From the human T2T-CHM13v2.0 reference genome, Homo sapiens, in assembly GCF_009914755.1 (NCBI RefSeq), contig NC_060932.1: a DNA stretch of 64,000 nt; one strand, given 5' to 3'. A program made the position numbers and the translations under genes. Position 1 is the stretch's first letter. The number at the start of each line of letters is the position of its first letter. The notes under the pieces are model-generated. The model ran no database searches and was not told the DNA's origin. It saw only the letters and a list, made by a program, of their open reading frames with translations. Below, one piece after another: positions 43,270 through 56,011 of the stretch.

Positions 43270-45878
43270 CCTTAAATGATATGGGATAAATCAGATGACA
43301 ATTTTCCCACTCAGTTAAACCATTATAGGTGGCATATAAGTGGAACAACACTGAATTTAACTTTGTCCCCAAATACTTTTGGTAAAGAGAGAACTCAAAG
43401 AACACACTGATAACCCTTACATATGCCAAAAATCTGTTCCTAAATTGTTGTATGCCAACTGATTATTCACAAATCAAATCACATTAGATAAATACCATTT
43501 AAAGGGATTAAGTATTTGAAAACAACTTTTAGTGAATCCCTTTTTTAAAATTCTCACATAATATAACCAACTAGTAATTAATTTGTTTTGCAATCTTACA
43601 CTTTTAAATGTCAAATTTCTTAAAGTAGAGCACAGCTGTTTTCATAAGCTGAAACATTCACATCACATTACTGCCCTTCTTTCTAGTGCCCCTCAAGCAA
43701 GCTCTAAAAATGTCACCCAAAAAATGAGTTGTTCACCTGTGGTAGAATATACAAGAAACACTAGAAAAATTGAAAAATAAGCAATTCTTAAAAATGTAAT
43801 ATAGAAATGTGTGCATAGTATTTCAAAAAAAGTCAAAGAATTATTTTATTTTTGGCCATGATCACAATAAACGCTCGATAAAAATGATTTTTTAAAAAAC
43901 CAAGATACGCACAGCCCAAATCACTTTCCCATGTGTTTTTACCACCTGGAGTAAACCGTTCAAGAACTGTTTATCTCCATGAACATATGACCTCCACGAT
44001 GCCACCAAGGTCAACAAGACCTACAGGAGGGGGACATGCTAAGTGCTGATTTGTCCAATTCTACAGTTCCCTTGAAAAAGAGAGAAGAGAGAAAAACATA
44101 AAAATTTATTTATATATTACAAGAAATAATCTTTTCAGGTTGTAACAATTAAGTACCCCACTACAGGACTGTATACAGACATATGTCAGCTATGGCCAAT
44201 AGGAGCAAGATGTAAAAGAGACCTCACAGCACAAAAGTAGCTGCACAGAAAGAATTAACAAGATCCCAAACGGACTGATCTCTCTCTGCATCTGGTACTG
44301 AAAACTTTTGGTATCCCGGCTACATGCCACAAGGACTCAATTTCAAAGTGAGGGTCCTCTGTTGAGGAAACTTTTTGAAAATGACAAATAACCAAAGATA
44401 CATAATCAACAGAAAAAGCACCCACACATCAGAAATGCTTAGGTAAGGAGCAAGTGAGTATATGCCGAGACTGCTGGTTAACACCAAATTCACAGGTTGT
44501 TCTCTTATTCTCTACCAAAAATTCTCTCTGGCATTTCCTCAGCTATCATCACAATCCTGCACCTTTCACAAACCAGGAAGTTTTCTTAGATGAGATTTAA
44601 GTTTTAAAACACATCCACTTGGGATAATGTTTATGCTAGACTTAAGTTCAAAAAATCCCTATCAGCTTGAAACCATTATATCGGTAATTTCCAGGTAACA
44701 TTCAAATATATATATTTTTAAAGACATGCCACAGCTAGTACCTGATTTAGTGATTTAGTGGAGAGTTTAACTATGGATAATTCATTCTAACGTTTGGTAA
44801 ACAGGTAGCATACACATACATGATGACAGTGTAAAATTAAACAGGAAAAAAATCAGCAAAAGCACTGGTTATTCACAATCAGCACAGGACTGTCTCGTAA
44901 ATTACTTTCAGAGAAGCTCCAAACTGGTGGGTGGCACCGGGTCAATGCGATTACTTAACCCTGGCAGTTACAACTAAACTCCACTTTGATGGTATCCAAA
45001 GCTTATTACAAAAAGATGACTGCTTGGGCATATCAAGTACTTCGGTGTCCTCCTATTTTGTTCCCACGGAACACGGAGCCTGACACCTGAAACTCTTCAG
45101 ACACACATCACCTTGCTTCGGGGCTTTAGAATTTTGTGTATATTATTTGTAAAGTCCACTGGACATAAATTCAGTTGTGTGTGTACAGGATTAATGTATT
45201 TCCTGCATGCACAAGTGAAGAACTCATGTCAAATCAAGCAGTTCCCTCTCTCCCAAGTAACTTTTTTATCATTTAGTCCTAAAATAACCATAAGCAACAA
45301 ACATTAAACACTGGCATAGCAACGTGCACACATCATGCCCTGGTGCTACACACAGGCGGATTCGTTCATCTCTGGTCCCCATCCAGACGGGTGCTCCCGG
45401 CCTCTCTCACTCCCGGCCGGTCCAGCCTGGCTTCACCCGAGTTTTGCTGTGAAATCCGCCACTTTCGCTGGCCCCGGCAAAAAGCAAGGCGCCTCGTCCC
45501 GAGGGCAGAGTTTCTTGCAACTGCCGGATAAACATTTCCCGAAAGCTTCCCGCGGCCCCCACGCCCGGTCCCCGCACTTCACGAGCCCCGGGGAGGGGCC
45601 CACCTGCCTCCCGCCGCCCGCCCCACACCCTGTCGCCGCGGCTGCACTCCAGGGCCGCACCGCAGCGCCCACTTCCCGGCCCCGAGCCCCCCACGACTCG
45701 GACGCCCGACCCTGAGGGACGGGGGCGCCAAAAAAGCACCCCCCGACACAAGTGACCCCACGACGCCCCCCAGAGGCCGTGTCCCGAGAGCCTATCAGCG
45801 CCCCGGAAGGGGGTCAGGCGGGGGGCTGAGCGCCCGGTGTCCTCTCCGCTCCGGACGCCCTCTCCCGCCCCAAGGCAC

Positions 45879-46121
45879 TCACCTGGCCCGGGGTCGGGGG
45901 TCGGGCGAGGAGGCCGCCGGCCCGCCGCGGCCCCCACCCTCCCGCTCCCAGCGCCCCGCGCCCCGAGCCCGAGGCGCGCCTGGAGCGGCCGGGGGAGAGG
46001 GCGCGGGGACGCGCCAGCGCCAGGGTGAGGGGCGCGCGAGGGGCGGGGGGCAGGGGGCGCGGCGAGAGCTGGGGATCGGCGGCGTCCGCACTGAGAAAGC
46101 AGCCTCCGCCGCGTCCGTCAT
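45879..46121 (-). CDS. Candidate 80-aa Pro/Arg/Ala-rich small ORF or uORF (MTDAAEAAF...) in exon 1
   Basis: ATG in gccgccgcgcgccATGa context. The frame stays open to the donor; the unspliced stop lies inside GTGA. GC-rich DNA is stop-poor, so this may be chance. Confidence 0.2.
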   Translation of the reverse strand: MTDAAEAAFSVRTPPIPSSRRAPCPPPLARPSPWRWRVPAPSPPAAPGAPRARGAGRWEREGGGRGGPAASSPDPRPRAR

Positions 46122-46230
46122 GGCGCGCGGCGGCGGCAGCGGCTCCCTCCGGTCTCTCTGCTCCCTCGCCTTTAGTTTGACCTTTCCCTCCAGTGTGTCT
46201 GAGGGAGAGCGGCTGTGCGCGCGCGTGTAC
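45883..46230 (-). other. Host gene exon 1
   Basis: Minus strand CGGGCCAG|GTGAGTGCC is a perfect donor (GT at 45882-45881) downstream of the promoter motifs. The 5' end is approximate. Confidence 0.8.
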
Positions 46231-46291
46231 ATGTCTCTGTGTGTGTGTGCGCGCGCGCGTGGGGAAGGGGCCGGGTTCGCTCCCCGACGCC

Positions 46292-46312
46292 TGACGTCAC
46301 TGCCATGGCAAC
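46292..46312. promoter_or_regulatory. Full CRE palindrome (TGACGTCA, 46292-46299) abutting an RFX X-box (minus strand GTTGCCATGGCAGT)
   Basis: Sequence ctgacgtcactgccatggcaac matches the CREB/ATF and RFX consensus motifs. Confidence 0.75.
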
Positions 46313-46337
46313 GGCAACCCCCGCCCCTCGCTTCCCA

Positions 46338-46538
46338 TTTCCTGTCCCCGCCCACTGTGCACGTTCTGGGGCCCTCACGTGCTCACTCACACGCATGCAC
46401 GCAGGCACGCACTCTCGGGGCGCGCGCGCCCAGAGCGCTGGGGTTTGGGAGGTAATTTGGACCTCCGCCTGCCTCCCTTCCCTCGCTGCCTCCCGGAATT
46501 TGACCAATCCCGTGAGGAGGAGCCGTGGGCGGGGCGGG
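46338..46538. promoter_or_regulatory. Proximal promoter motifs: ETS-like (46338), E-box CACGTG (46376-46381), CCAAT (46504-46508), GC box (46527-46538)
   Basis: Direct motif matches inside the CpG island; binding is not demonstrated. Confidence 0.55.
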
Positions 46539-49500
46539 CTCGGCTCCCGGAGTGGCGTGAAAAATTTCCCGAGGCAGAGCGAAAAGTCTTCATGCGTTAC
46601 TGAGCATGTCCGGTGCCCGAAGGGGCGCTTTGGACGCCAGTGAAGCGAGGAGAGGCGGAGAAGGAACCGAGCGGGCAGTTGAGGGAAATCTCGGAGGAGG
46701 TTACCTGCGATCAAACTGGGGCTGCGTAGTGTTAGGGTCAGGCAGCTTTGAAGTGGAATCCGGATCCGCCACTCTCGCTGCGTGATATTGGGCATGCCAT
46801 CAAAGCGCTCTCAACCGAACGTCTCGGGTAAAATGGGATTAGTGAAGTCTACCAAGGTAGTTGTGAGGATCAAAAGAGATAACGCGGAAAACGCCTCACC
46901 TGGCACGTTATAGATCCTAAATGCCTAGCTATTATTATGGAGCCCACAACCTCCATATTTTACAACTGGGAACACGGGACTCAAAGAGATTAAAAAACTA
47001 AATGACTCACTCAAGGTCAGGTAGTGGTGGAGACCCAGGCTTCAAGTTCAATACTCTTTGTCCTACAAAGCCTTCCCTTAAGCAGGGGTAATAAAACATT
47101 TCAGAAAAACCACCTTAAAGAGCATCGCTTGTGATCTGTGGATCACTTGGTAGTCCCCACCTCCCTCCCATCCCCGCAAAGGTTTAGAGCTGGACATAAG
47201 GGCCTTGGTGCAACATTTGGAGGGCAGTTGTTCAGCTTCTGAATTTGCATCTGAACGAGCAATAAGGTGGGGTGCTTTCCTCAATTCCCTTGGGGCCCCT
47301 ACATTTTGGTTAAGGTGTAAACAGCAAGGAGCTCCAGGTCCTCCACGTCTCTAACTAGCTGAAGAAAGATTAACTCAATTAACCAGCATTTACCCAGCAT
47401 CCATCAAGTAGTAAGGTTTTCCCAGCAGGCAAGGAGCCTGTGACCTCAGGGCTGTGCAGGCAGGCACCTTGGGATTCAGACACACTTAGACTTCCAGCCC
47501 ATTCCTCTAATTTAGCTCTTAATCACTTACTGCCAGGCAGTATTTCTTGAATGTTGTAGTACTATGTAATTTTAGCTATGCTGTTAACTTTTTAAAAAAG
47601 GATGTGTCTGTCTCCCTGTCTTGTAGCCCCAAACGTATACTTGATCTTGGTAAAGGATGTCACCCAGTATCTTAAATAAGCCCTGAAGTTTCCCATGTCC
47701 CAGGAATTATTCACTTGACCCTCCCAAGTTAAATGCAGTGTCTTCCAAAAAATCTTGGTGGTCTACTTCTTTGGAATACATTAGTATCTTTTCTACAGCA
47801 TTTGGCAGCTACCTTGCTTTAAACACTGTTCTCTAGTTTTGTGTTCTACTATTTATGCATATTATCACCTACAAAAAGTTTCTCTAACATTCATGTATGA
47901 GTTGGCTGTTCATATGGATCAATATATCACTTATTACCCAATCCTTTAAGGCTTGATTTATTTTCCTTTCCCTTCAGATTGTAAAACTCTTGAATGGCAG
48001 GAACCCTGTCTAGTTCCACATCGAATTTCCAGCCTGTTCCTCAGTAACAGCACCACTCAACAACTAGCTATTGAATGGCTGAGTGAGCTCCCTGCCTATC
48101 TTATAAAATTATTAGGGGCATACTTTATTTTTATATTTATATCTCAATACCAGGAATTTTCTGGGAAGTTAAGAATTTCCAATAAATCTTGGACTACTCT
48201 AAAATGCACCAGAAATTACGTGGTCACACTCGTGCAGTGAAAGAAGGCTTTGGCAGTAGCATAAGACATTAAGCAGAAGTAGGAAATGCAGTGAGGAAGA
48301 AGTTGTAATGTTTTCAACAGCTGCCACTATGGATCTAGGATGAGAGCTTTCCACATGTTGTTAAGAATGAGAGACAGATTACTCCAAGGTAGGTAAGTGA
48401 TGTTGCTCAAAGAGGAATTTTGAAATCAAACAGCGTTTGCTTACTTTGAACTTGTACTATTTGTCCCTTTGTCTAATTTGGCACAAAAATGGAAAGCCTG
48501 GTGGTATGCTTGCATCCAGTATTGTTCCCCTCTTGATATGCTGTTTAACTCTCTCCATGTGCAAGTCCTCACCATACCTAGTCCTTTCATCCCTCGTCAT
48601 ACTATGGCACGAGCAAATGCCCAGTAGCATGATCTTGAAGTTATTTGCAGTTTATCCTTATCTTTATTTGTCAGTCTTCAAGTCCCATAAAGTCTTCCTC
48701 TTAAATGGTAGTGAGAGCGATTAACTGTCTTCCACGCCCTTGGTCACTACCTTAGGGTGACCCCTTGTATCTCTCACCTGGACTCTTACCAAAACCTGCT
48801 TCCTAACTGGTCTTTTTGCTTCATCTTAGGCCCATCTATCCCAACTTCCAACACACCCCAGACTCTATAGACAGACTTAGAACTTACATTTTATGTTTTA
48901 AAATATAAATATTGAACATATAAGGATAAGATGTTTAAAATTGGCCATTGGGATCTGAAGGACCCATCTAAGGCTTTTTTTGGAGGCTAAACAATGAGAA
49001 CATCTTTGAATTAGTGACATTGTGAATTAACAGAGAGCTAAGATGTCTCTTGGTATTTAATAGGCAATCCTCAAAAAGTTGGATTAAAAAAAATGCCACC
49101 GTGTGTGTGTGTTTAAGTACCTTATTACTAAGAGAGAAAGAACATTCAGTTCCCATTTTAGGGGCTCTCCTGCTCCAGGATTACTGAGGGTCCTCTGGAG
49201 TGTGCATGGGCTCAGGTGAGGTTATAAGCACATCCTTGACAGGAGGGTGCTTCTATCAGGGAAGGCCAATATCTTTCCGAGAACGTAAGCTTGTGGGAGG
49301 AGGTGGTAAACGAGGAAGCAGTGGGGACATGAAGTGAGAACGCAGTACTCAGCCAGACCAGCTCAATCAGTCCTGGTGATGAACAAGGTGAATCAGCTGC
49401 ACTACCCTTACGGCCTGTTAGGACTGATGTATTCAAATTAGGCAGCTGCATGCACAGTATGCACTGCACAAACCCAGGGAAGCTATTTGCATGGGAGTCT

Positions 49501-49925
49501 GTGAATGGCATCCTCTGGGACTGTGCAGTGCTCAACCTCTATGAACATATGTAGCAGTCCTGAGTGACATGTACATGGCATGTCTCTGTCTACTTTGGCA
49601 ATCTAAATTATCCTGATGATATCTTCGATAATAGAAATAAACATTTGTGGGATATCTACCAATTGTCATCTCAAAAACTTATTTTAATGTACAAATTTTA
49701 TATCTAAAGATTTGCGCATGTTTCAAAATGCTTATTAGACTGATGTCATTACCATTCATTTATTCTAAAAAATGACAATTGAGCTGCTAAGTTTCAGGCA
49801 TGATTCAAAAGCCTGGTTCTATAAATGTATTGAGCACCAACTACAAATCTTAGAAACACCATTAACTGATTTCTTTAAAATATCAGCTTATGTTTATGTT
49901 TTTTTCAGTTTATGCCATTTTATAA

Positions 49926-50237
<312 letters not shown>

Positions 50238-50704
50238 TCTAAATCCTCTTTATTTCATAGACAATCATCTATTAAAATCTGGAGATGAAATGTTCTTTCA
50301 TTTCAGACAATTCAATATAGTAGGATGCCTCAGTGAATATAAAGCTTTTACATAATTTTTTTCCTCCTGGCGTTATCAGAAGAGGTAACAGAAAGTTAAG
50401 TTGGCTTTGTTAGGAGTCTCCTGGGAGCCCTAGGGAAAGCTACCTTAGTAGAGTGGGTGCAAGACCCCACTGGCCAGAAAAGAGTATAATTATGCTTTGA
50501 GCCCTGGATCATTCTGTAGAGGAAAGCTGCCCTCCAACCAGAAACATCTAATTTAGATGGTTATATGAGCGAGAAATAACTGAAAATTTGTTTGTTTGTT
50601 GTTGTTATAGCAGCAAGCTTTACTCAATGAATTAATTGGAAAAGTAAATAATATGACCATATTTGCACCCCAAATTTGTGGAGCTGCTCATACTAACAAT
50701 TTTA

Positions 50705-50942
50705 AATTCTTTTTTTTCAATAGCTTTTAGGATACAAGTCATTTTTGGCTACATGGATGAGTTATATAGTGATGAATTCTGAGATTTCAGTGCTCCCATC
50801 ACCCAAGTAGTGTACATTGTACCTAATGTGTAGTGTTTTTATCCCTGGCTCCCCACTCCCACCCTCTTGCTTCTGAGTCCATTATATATAAATGATATAA
50901 AGTGATATAAAGTCCATTATGTCACTCTGTATGCCTTTGCAT
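50705..50942 (-). mobile_element. L1PB-like 3' end
   Basis: tacatggatgagttatatagtg..gaattctgagattt..gtgc.cccatcacccaagtagtgtacattgtacc. Confidence 0.8.
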
Positions 50943-51012
50943 ATTCTAATAATGTTAAACTCTTAATTTCTGAACATGCAATTAAGTGAGCCTCTGCCTC
51001 TAGTAGTCTTTA

Positions 51013-51438
51013 CAGTTGACCCTTGAACCACCCGGTTTGAACTTCGTTGAGCTGCTATACTTGGATTTTCTTCTGCCTCTGCCATTGCTGACAGTACAAC
51101 CAACCTCTCCTCTTTCTCCTCTTCCTCATCCTACTCAACATGAAGATGATGAGGATGGAGAGCTTTATGATGATCCACTTCCACTTAATGAAGAGGAAAT
51201 ATATTTTCTCTTCCTTACGATTTTTTCATTAATGTTATTTTCTCTGGCTTACTTTATTATAAGAACACAGTATATAATACATATAACAAAATATGGGTTA
51301 ATCGACTGTTTATGTTATCAGTAAGGCTTCTGGTTAACAGTAGGCTACTAATGGTTATGTTTTTGGGGATTCAAAAGTTATGCTTGGGAGTTTTGACTGC
51401 GCATACAGGGGTTGTTCCCCTAGTTCAAAGGTCAGCTG
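51013..51438 (+). mobile_element. Tigger2a-like TcMar MITE
   Basis: TA|cagttgacccttgaac ... ttcaaaggtcagctg|TA terminal inverted repeats with TA TSD. Confidence 0.85.
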
Positions 51439-51808
51439 TATTACATGGCTTCCAGGTCTTTGATGGCTGTGCTATGCATGAGTGTCACTGCTGGAAAAAT
51501 GTTATGTGCAGTTCCAGAAGCTGACATACTTAGTTAAAAAAAAAAAGGGTTGGGGGGGGCTACTCAGGAGGAATCAATACACACATACATATGTTGAATC
51601 ACACAGACACTCACGTACTCACATACACACACACACACACACACGTACTCACACATGCTACACAATAGTAGGATGCAGAGTTCCATCATTTGAAACTCTG
51701 GAAAAACTTTCACCATTTTTACTATTATTACCAGCATCAACATCTTTCTCGCCATTGTAAGTCAAGACATTGGAAAAAGTCTGAAACAATAATCTTGACT
51801 ATTCACAG

Positions 51809-52210
51809 TAACTCCGGAACAATGAAGGAGGAAGAATGAATGAGTTGCGCCCTGAAGATGGTGGGCTCTCCTTTATGCATGATCATCACGATCTCTCTGC
51901 AATGTCTGTCCTGTGACCTCGTGAGGTGTGCAGCGTCATGCCAGACATCTGTGTTTGGATGGCCCTCTGGCTCCTCCACAATTACTGCAGAGTCAGAAGT
52001 GGAATTTCCGCCTGATGTTTTATGTCAAAATCAGTATGAAAGACTGCAGCATGCTGAGTGAGCTTTCCGTTCTCGCTGAGATGCAATGCAGGGTCCACCC
52101 TCTGCAGGCCACAATTTTGCCTGGAGGCAAAGCATTCAGTCTTTCCATTGGCCTGACAATTTGAGCCAAGCTTTGAGGCCAACAGACAAAATGCACTAGC
52201 AACTAGAGAG
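51809..52210 (+). other. Candidate plus-strand exon of a divergent lncRNA
   Basis: Non-repetitive block ending in a strong GAG|GTGAGT donor (52210/52211); weak acceptor at 51808. Confidence 0.25.
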
Positions 52211-52642
52211 GTGAGTTTTGTTAAATTACAATAACATCCATGCATCCAGGGGAGCTGCAAAAGTCATTCCTGTTCCTGTCAGATGCACTCAAAATCAACA
52301 GCCAAATTATTCCTGCCAAATGCTCTGAGGCTATTGAATAGAGTCTTGCACTATTTTAAATAGTAACTTAAAACCTCTAGTTTCATGGCTCAGTAATAAT
52401 CATGATAATTCTAATCAGTATCCTCATTAGTGAATGCTAATAACTGTTTATTGAGTGGCCACCATGTGCAAGTGCTTTGCTAGATACTTTATGTATGCCA
52501 GATATTTAAGCTTCGTAATCGCTTTGTAAGGTGGATGTTATTATCCTGTCCTATCACTGGAGAAACAAATTCAGGACACGTAAGCAACTTGCCCAGTGTT
52601 ACCACCCACAGAGATGACGTCAGTGTACTTAAAGAATACATG

Positions 52643-52930
52643 GGCTAGGCACGGTAGCTCACGCCTGTAATCCCAGCACTTTGGGAGGCCCAGGCAGGAG
52701 GATTGCTTAAGCCCAGGAATTTGAGACCAGCCTGGGCAAAATGCAAAACCCTGTCTCTACAAAAAAATACAAAAACTAGTGGGCATGGTGGTGGGTGCCT
52801 GTAGTTCCCACTACAAGGGAAGCTGAGGTAGGACGATCACTTGGGCCTGGGAGGTGGAGGCGCAGTGAGCTGTGTTTGCACCACTGCCCTCCAGCCTGTG
52901 CTACAGAGAGATTCAGTCAAAAAAAAAAAA
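52643..52930 (+). mobile_element. Alu (AluJ-like)
   Basis: Dimeric Alu with A tail. Confidence 0.92.
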
Positions 52931-53480
52931 GGAATAGTCTTTGAAAAAAAATGGCTTAAGACTTAAGTATGTAAGAGCTACTTCCTAGCTCAGGGATATT
53001 TTAAACAAGCCTTTTATTAGAAAATTGTAAACATACAAAACTAGAGAGCTATACTCATCAAGCAGCTCCTATCAGGAATAATTTGGAAGTAAAGGGTTTT
53101 GAATGATTTCTACCTTATTTTTCTTGGAGGAGAGCCAAGTCCTTAATAAGAATTTCTGCAGAAGAGGAGCCTGGGGCTGAATCTTATTTATAGAGGCAAA
53201 ATACTATTTTTATTTCAATCTCACATTCTTACTGTCCCCTTGAATTTTCCAATTAATGCTGAAATAGCAAATAATATGAAGACTTAATTTTGAGTCGTCT
53301 AGTCCTCCTCATCCCTACTGCAAATCCTCAGTTTAGGTTTAAGGCAGGTTTATGCTGAGTCACATAATAGTCTCCTCCCTTGTTATAATCCACAGCAAGA
53401 CTGCAGGGGTTCTTCATATTGTGGAACAGGCCTAAGTCAACTTATGTTTAGCAAATAATTGATTTAAACTGAGGTTGATT

Positions 53481-53686
53481 CAGTGGTATGCTGTAGCATG
53501 CTCATAGTGGCTCACAAGAGCTAATTGTACATGTCTCTTTCTAATTTTACATTTGATGACATGACACTGGTGACTTGAAATTGGCCACGGTGAGAGTATT
53601 TATACCATGGAAATTGACAAATGTACAAATCAGGGCTTCTGTTCCTCCAGAGAGGCAGTTGTTAAATATTTATCAGCACATTACTG
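53481..53686 (+). mobile_element. MER63A-like hAT MITE
   Basis: cagtggtatgctg ... cagcacattactg TIRs; internal gagtatttataccatggaaattg. Confidence 0.75.
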
Positions 53687-53799
53687 GGTAGATTCTATTA
53701 TTTGCTCAAAAGTATCTGCTGTCCTTCACTGTGGGTCTACTCCCCACTACTCTTCCCTGTGAGACTAGTATGTTTTTCACCCATCAGAAGTCCATCTTC

Positions 53800-53950
53800 G
53801 AGGGATAAAAGACTACAAATATGGTGCAGTGTATACTGCTTGGGTGATGGGTGCACCAAAATCTCACAAATCACCACTAAAGAACTGACTCATGTAACCA
53901 AGCACCACCTGTACCCCAATAACCTATGGGAAAATTAAAAAAATAATAAA
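53800..53950 (+). mobile_element. L1PB-like 3' end inserted in the MLT1 LTR
   Basis: gataaaagactac...ggtgatgggtgcaccaaaatctcacaaatcaccactaaagaac...A tail. Confidence 0.85.
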
Positions 53951-55567
53951 GTGCATAGAAGGAAAAAAGAAAAAAAAGTTCATCCTGACCACGTGACTTG
54001 CTTTGGTCAATGGAATGTAGCCAGAAGTACATATGCCATTTCCAAGTAGAGGAATATGTGCCTTTTTTTTTTTTTTTTTACTTTTTACTTTGCCCCAAGC
54101 CAACATGACCCAGATAATGTCTGCTTCTTCAGTCTAAGTCCTAGAAAAAGATGACGTGTTACAAAATGACAGCCAACCTGTAAAGGACATGGACATATGC
54201 AAGGAATAAATCTTTCTTATTGTAAGATTTTTGGATGTGTTTTTTGTTACTCCATCACGACTTAGGCTAAGCTAATTAATACTGCAATTAAGACTTATCA
54301 CTGAGTTGCTGCCATAGCAGGAAACCTAAATTATGTCACATGAATTCTGAGGCTTGGGAGTGGAAAGCAAAAAATAACATTGTTGGATGGAAAAATGGCA
54401 ACCTGTGTTATCTAGTGGCAAGGTATTAGGTAAAACTGTCACCTTTAATCCCTAGGAAGACAGATAATGCACTAAATGAGTTTATGGCTTTAGGCAAAGT
54501 TGTGAAATGGAATGTTACTCTCATGCCTAAGTTGCTGTGGGCTGCACGTAGTGAAATGATATGAAAGTTGAGCTTAGGTAGGAATTGTCCATTTCGGGGA
54601 GATCAAAGGGAGTAGAAAGGGTCCAGAAATTTCAGAACTCAGAGGACTAGAGGGTGTAATTGATTTTGATTTCCAAACAACAAAAGATAAAACTGGAAAT
54701 GTCTTTAAGTGACAAAGACTGACTAAAATTGAGCCTTGTGGCAAGGACCAATCAAAGGTATTGTTCCTCTATTAAAACCTCTCAACTGATTACAGTGGCA
54801 CCAATTAAATCCTTCCAGTTGGACAAAATGACTTAGGGAAAAGAGATTCTAAGTGTAGTTCTTTCATTGGAGCCAGATAAATTTAAGTTACCTGCAATTA
54901 AGTCTAGAGGGAAAGTCGCAACTAGGAAAGAATTACGGATGTGGCCATTGGCACATGAGGCTGTTTGGAATCAAATAGATAAGAATGTGAGAAAGTTATG
55001 TTGCCAAAAGAGTCACCGGCTCATACTAAAATAGATTATAACTGTTTGAGACTTGAAATGACCTTTGGATTTCCAACTTTCTGTGGGAAGAAGACAGAGA
55101 AGCCTGGCCAGCTTCCAAAGAGGACATATTGTCCTTTACAAAAAATGCTTTAGGAGAACAATTGAAAAGGAAAAACCTCCCGGAGGACAGTGCCAAGCAC
55201 CGTGCAGAACAATAGATTGAGTGTTATTGTTCTAGGTCCAGAATCAAGTCCTAATCAAAGAACGTTTCCAGTCTCGGTGGAAGGTAGTCTGCAACTTCTG
55301 CCCAAGGGACTTTCAGAATTGCCATGGACAGGTGACTTCTGCGTTCCTCTTCTCCTCTCACTTTCTGAATGGGAGTGTTTGTTTTAGGTATCCTGTTTCA
55401 CCATGATACACTGGGCATATGAGGGGCAGATAACTTGTCTTTTTGATCCATAGGTTTTGCTCTCAAGAGAATGAACATCTGGGCCTGGTGTAGAGAACTC
55501 CATGAGCTCATGGAATTCAAGCCTGATGCTGTAACCGAATGGAATCTTTAGGTTATTTTTCTTGAGT

Positions 55568-56011
55568 AGGGTTGCCAGATTTTGTAAATTAAAATATAGG
55601 ATTCCTAGTTACAATGGAATTTCAGATAAACAATGAAAAAATTTTTAGTATATCTCACTGTGCAATATTTTCCACTCATAGATGGGAATTGAACAATGAG
55701 GACACGTGGACACAGGAAGGGGAACATCACACTCTGGGGACTGTTGTGGGGTGGGGGGAGGGGGGAGGGATAGCATTAGGAGATATACCTAATGCTAAAT
55801 GACGAGTTAATGGGTGCAGCACACCAGCATGGCACATGTATACATATGTAACTAACCTGCACATTGTGCACATGTACCCTAAAACTTAAAATATAATAAT
55901 AATAAAAAAAAGAAAAAAAAATATTTTGGGCATACTTAACCTAAAAAATTACCCATTGTTGATCTGGAATTTAAATTTAGCTGGGCATCCTGTATTTAAT
56001 CTGGCATCCCT
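55568..56011 (+). mobile_element. MER53 hAT MITE split by an L1PA
   Basis: agggttgccagat ... atctggcatccct TIRs. Confidence 0.8.
55672..55920 (+). mobile_element. Young L1PA (L1PA3-like) 3' end
   Basis: gcattaggagatatacctaatgctaaatgacgagttaatgggtgcagcacaccagc, poly-A, TSD aatatttt. Confidence 0.92.

Larger units (their letters stand above)
45330..46830. promoter_or_regulatory. CpG island promoter
   Basis: Abrupt shift to very high GC and CpG density in an AT-rich background; the only such island in the window. Confidence 0.95.

Noticed and set aside
45335-46795. Many overlapping 60-207 aa ORFs in the CpG island
   Set aside because: GC-rich sequence is depleted of stop codons. The products are low-complexity G/P/R/A with no recognisable domain. 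Only the Kozak-context ATG at 46121 is retained, at low confidence.
51016-51324. 102-aa ORF with an acidic stretch
   Set aside because: It lies entirely within a non-autonomous Tigger2a-like MITE.
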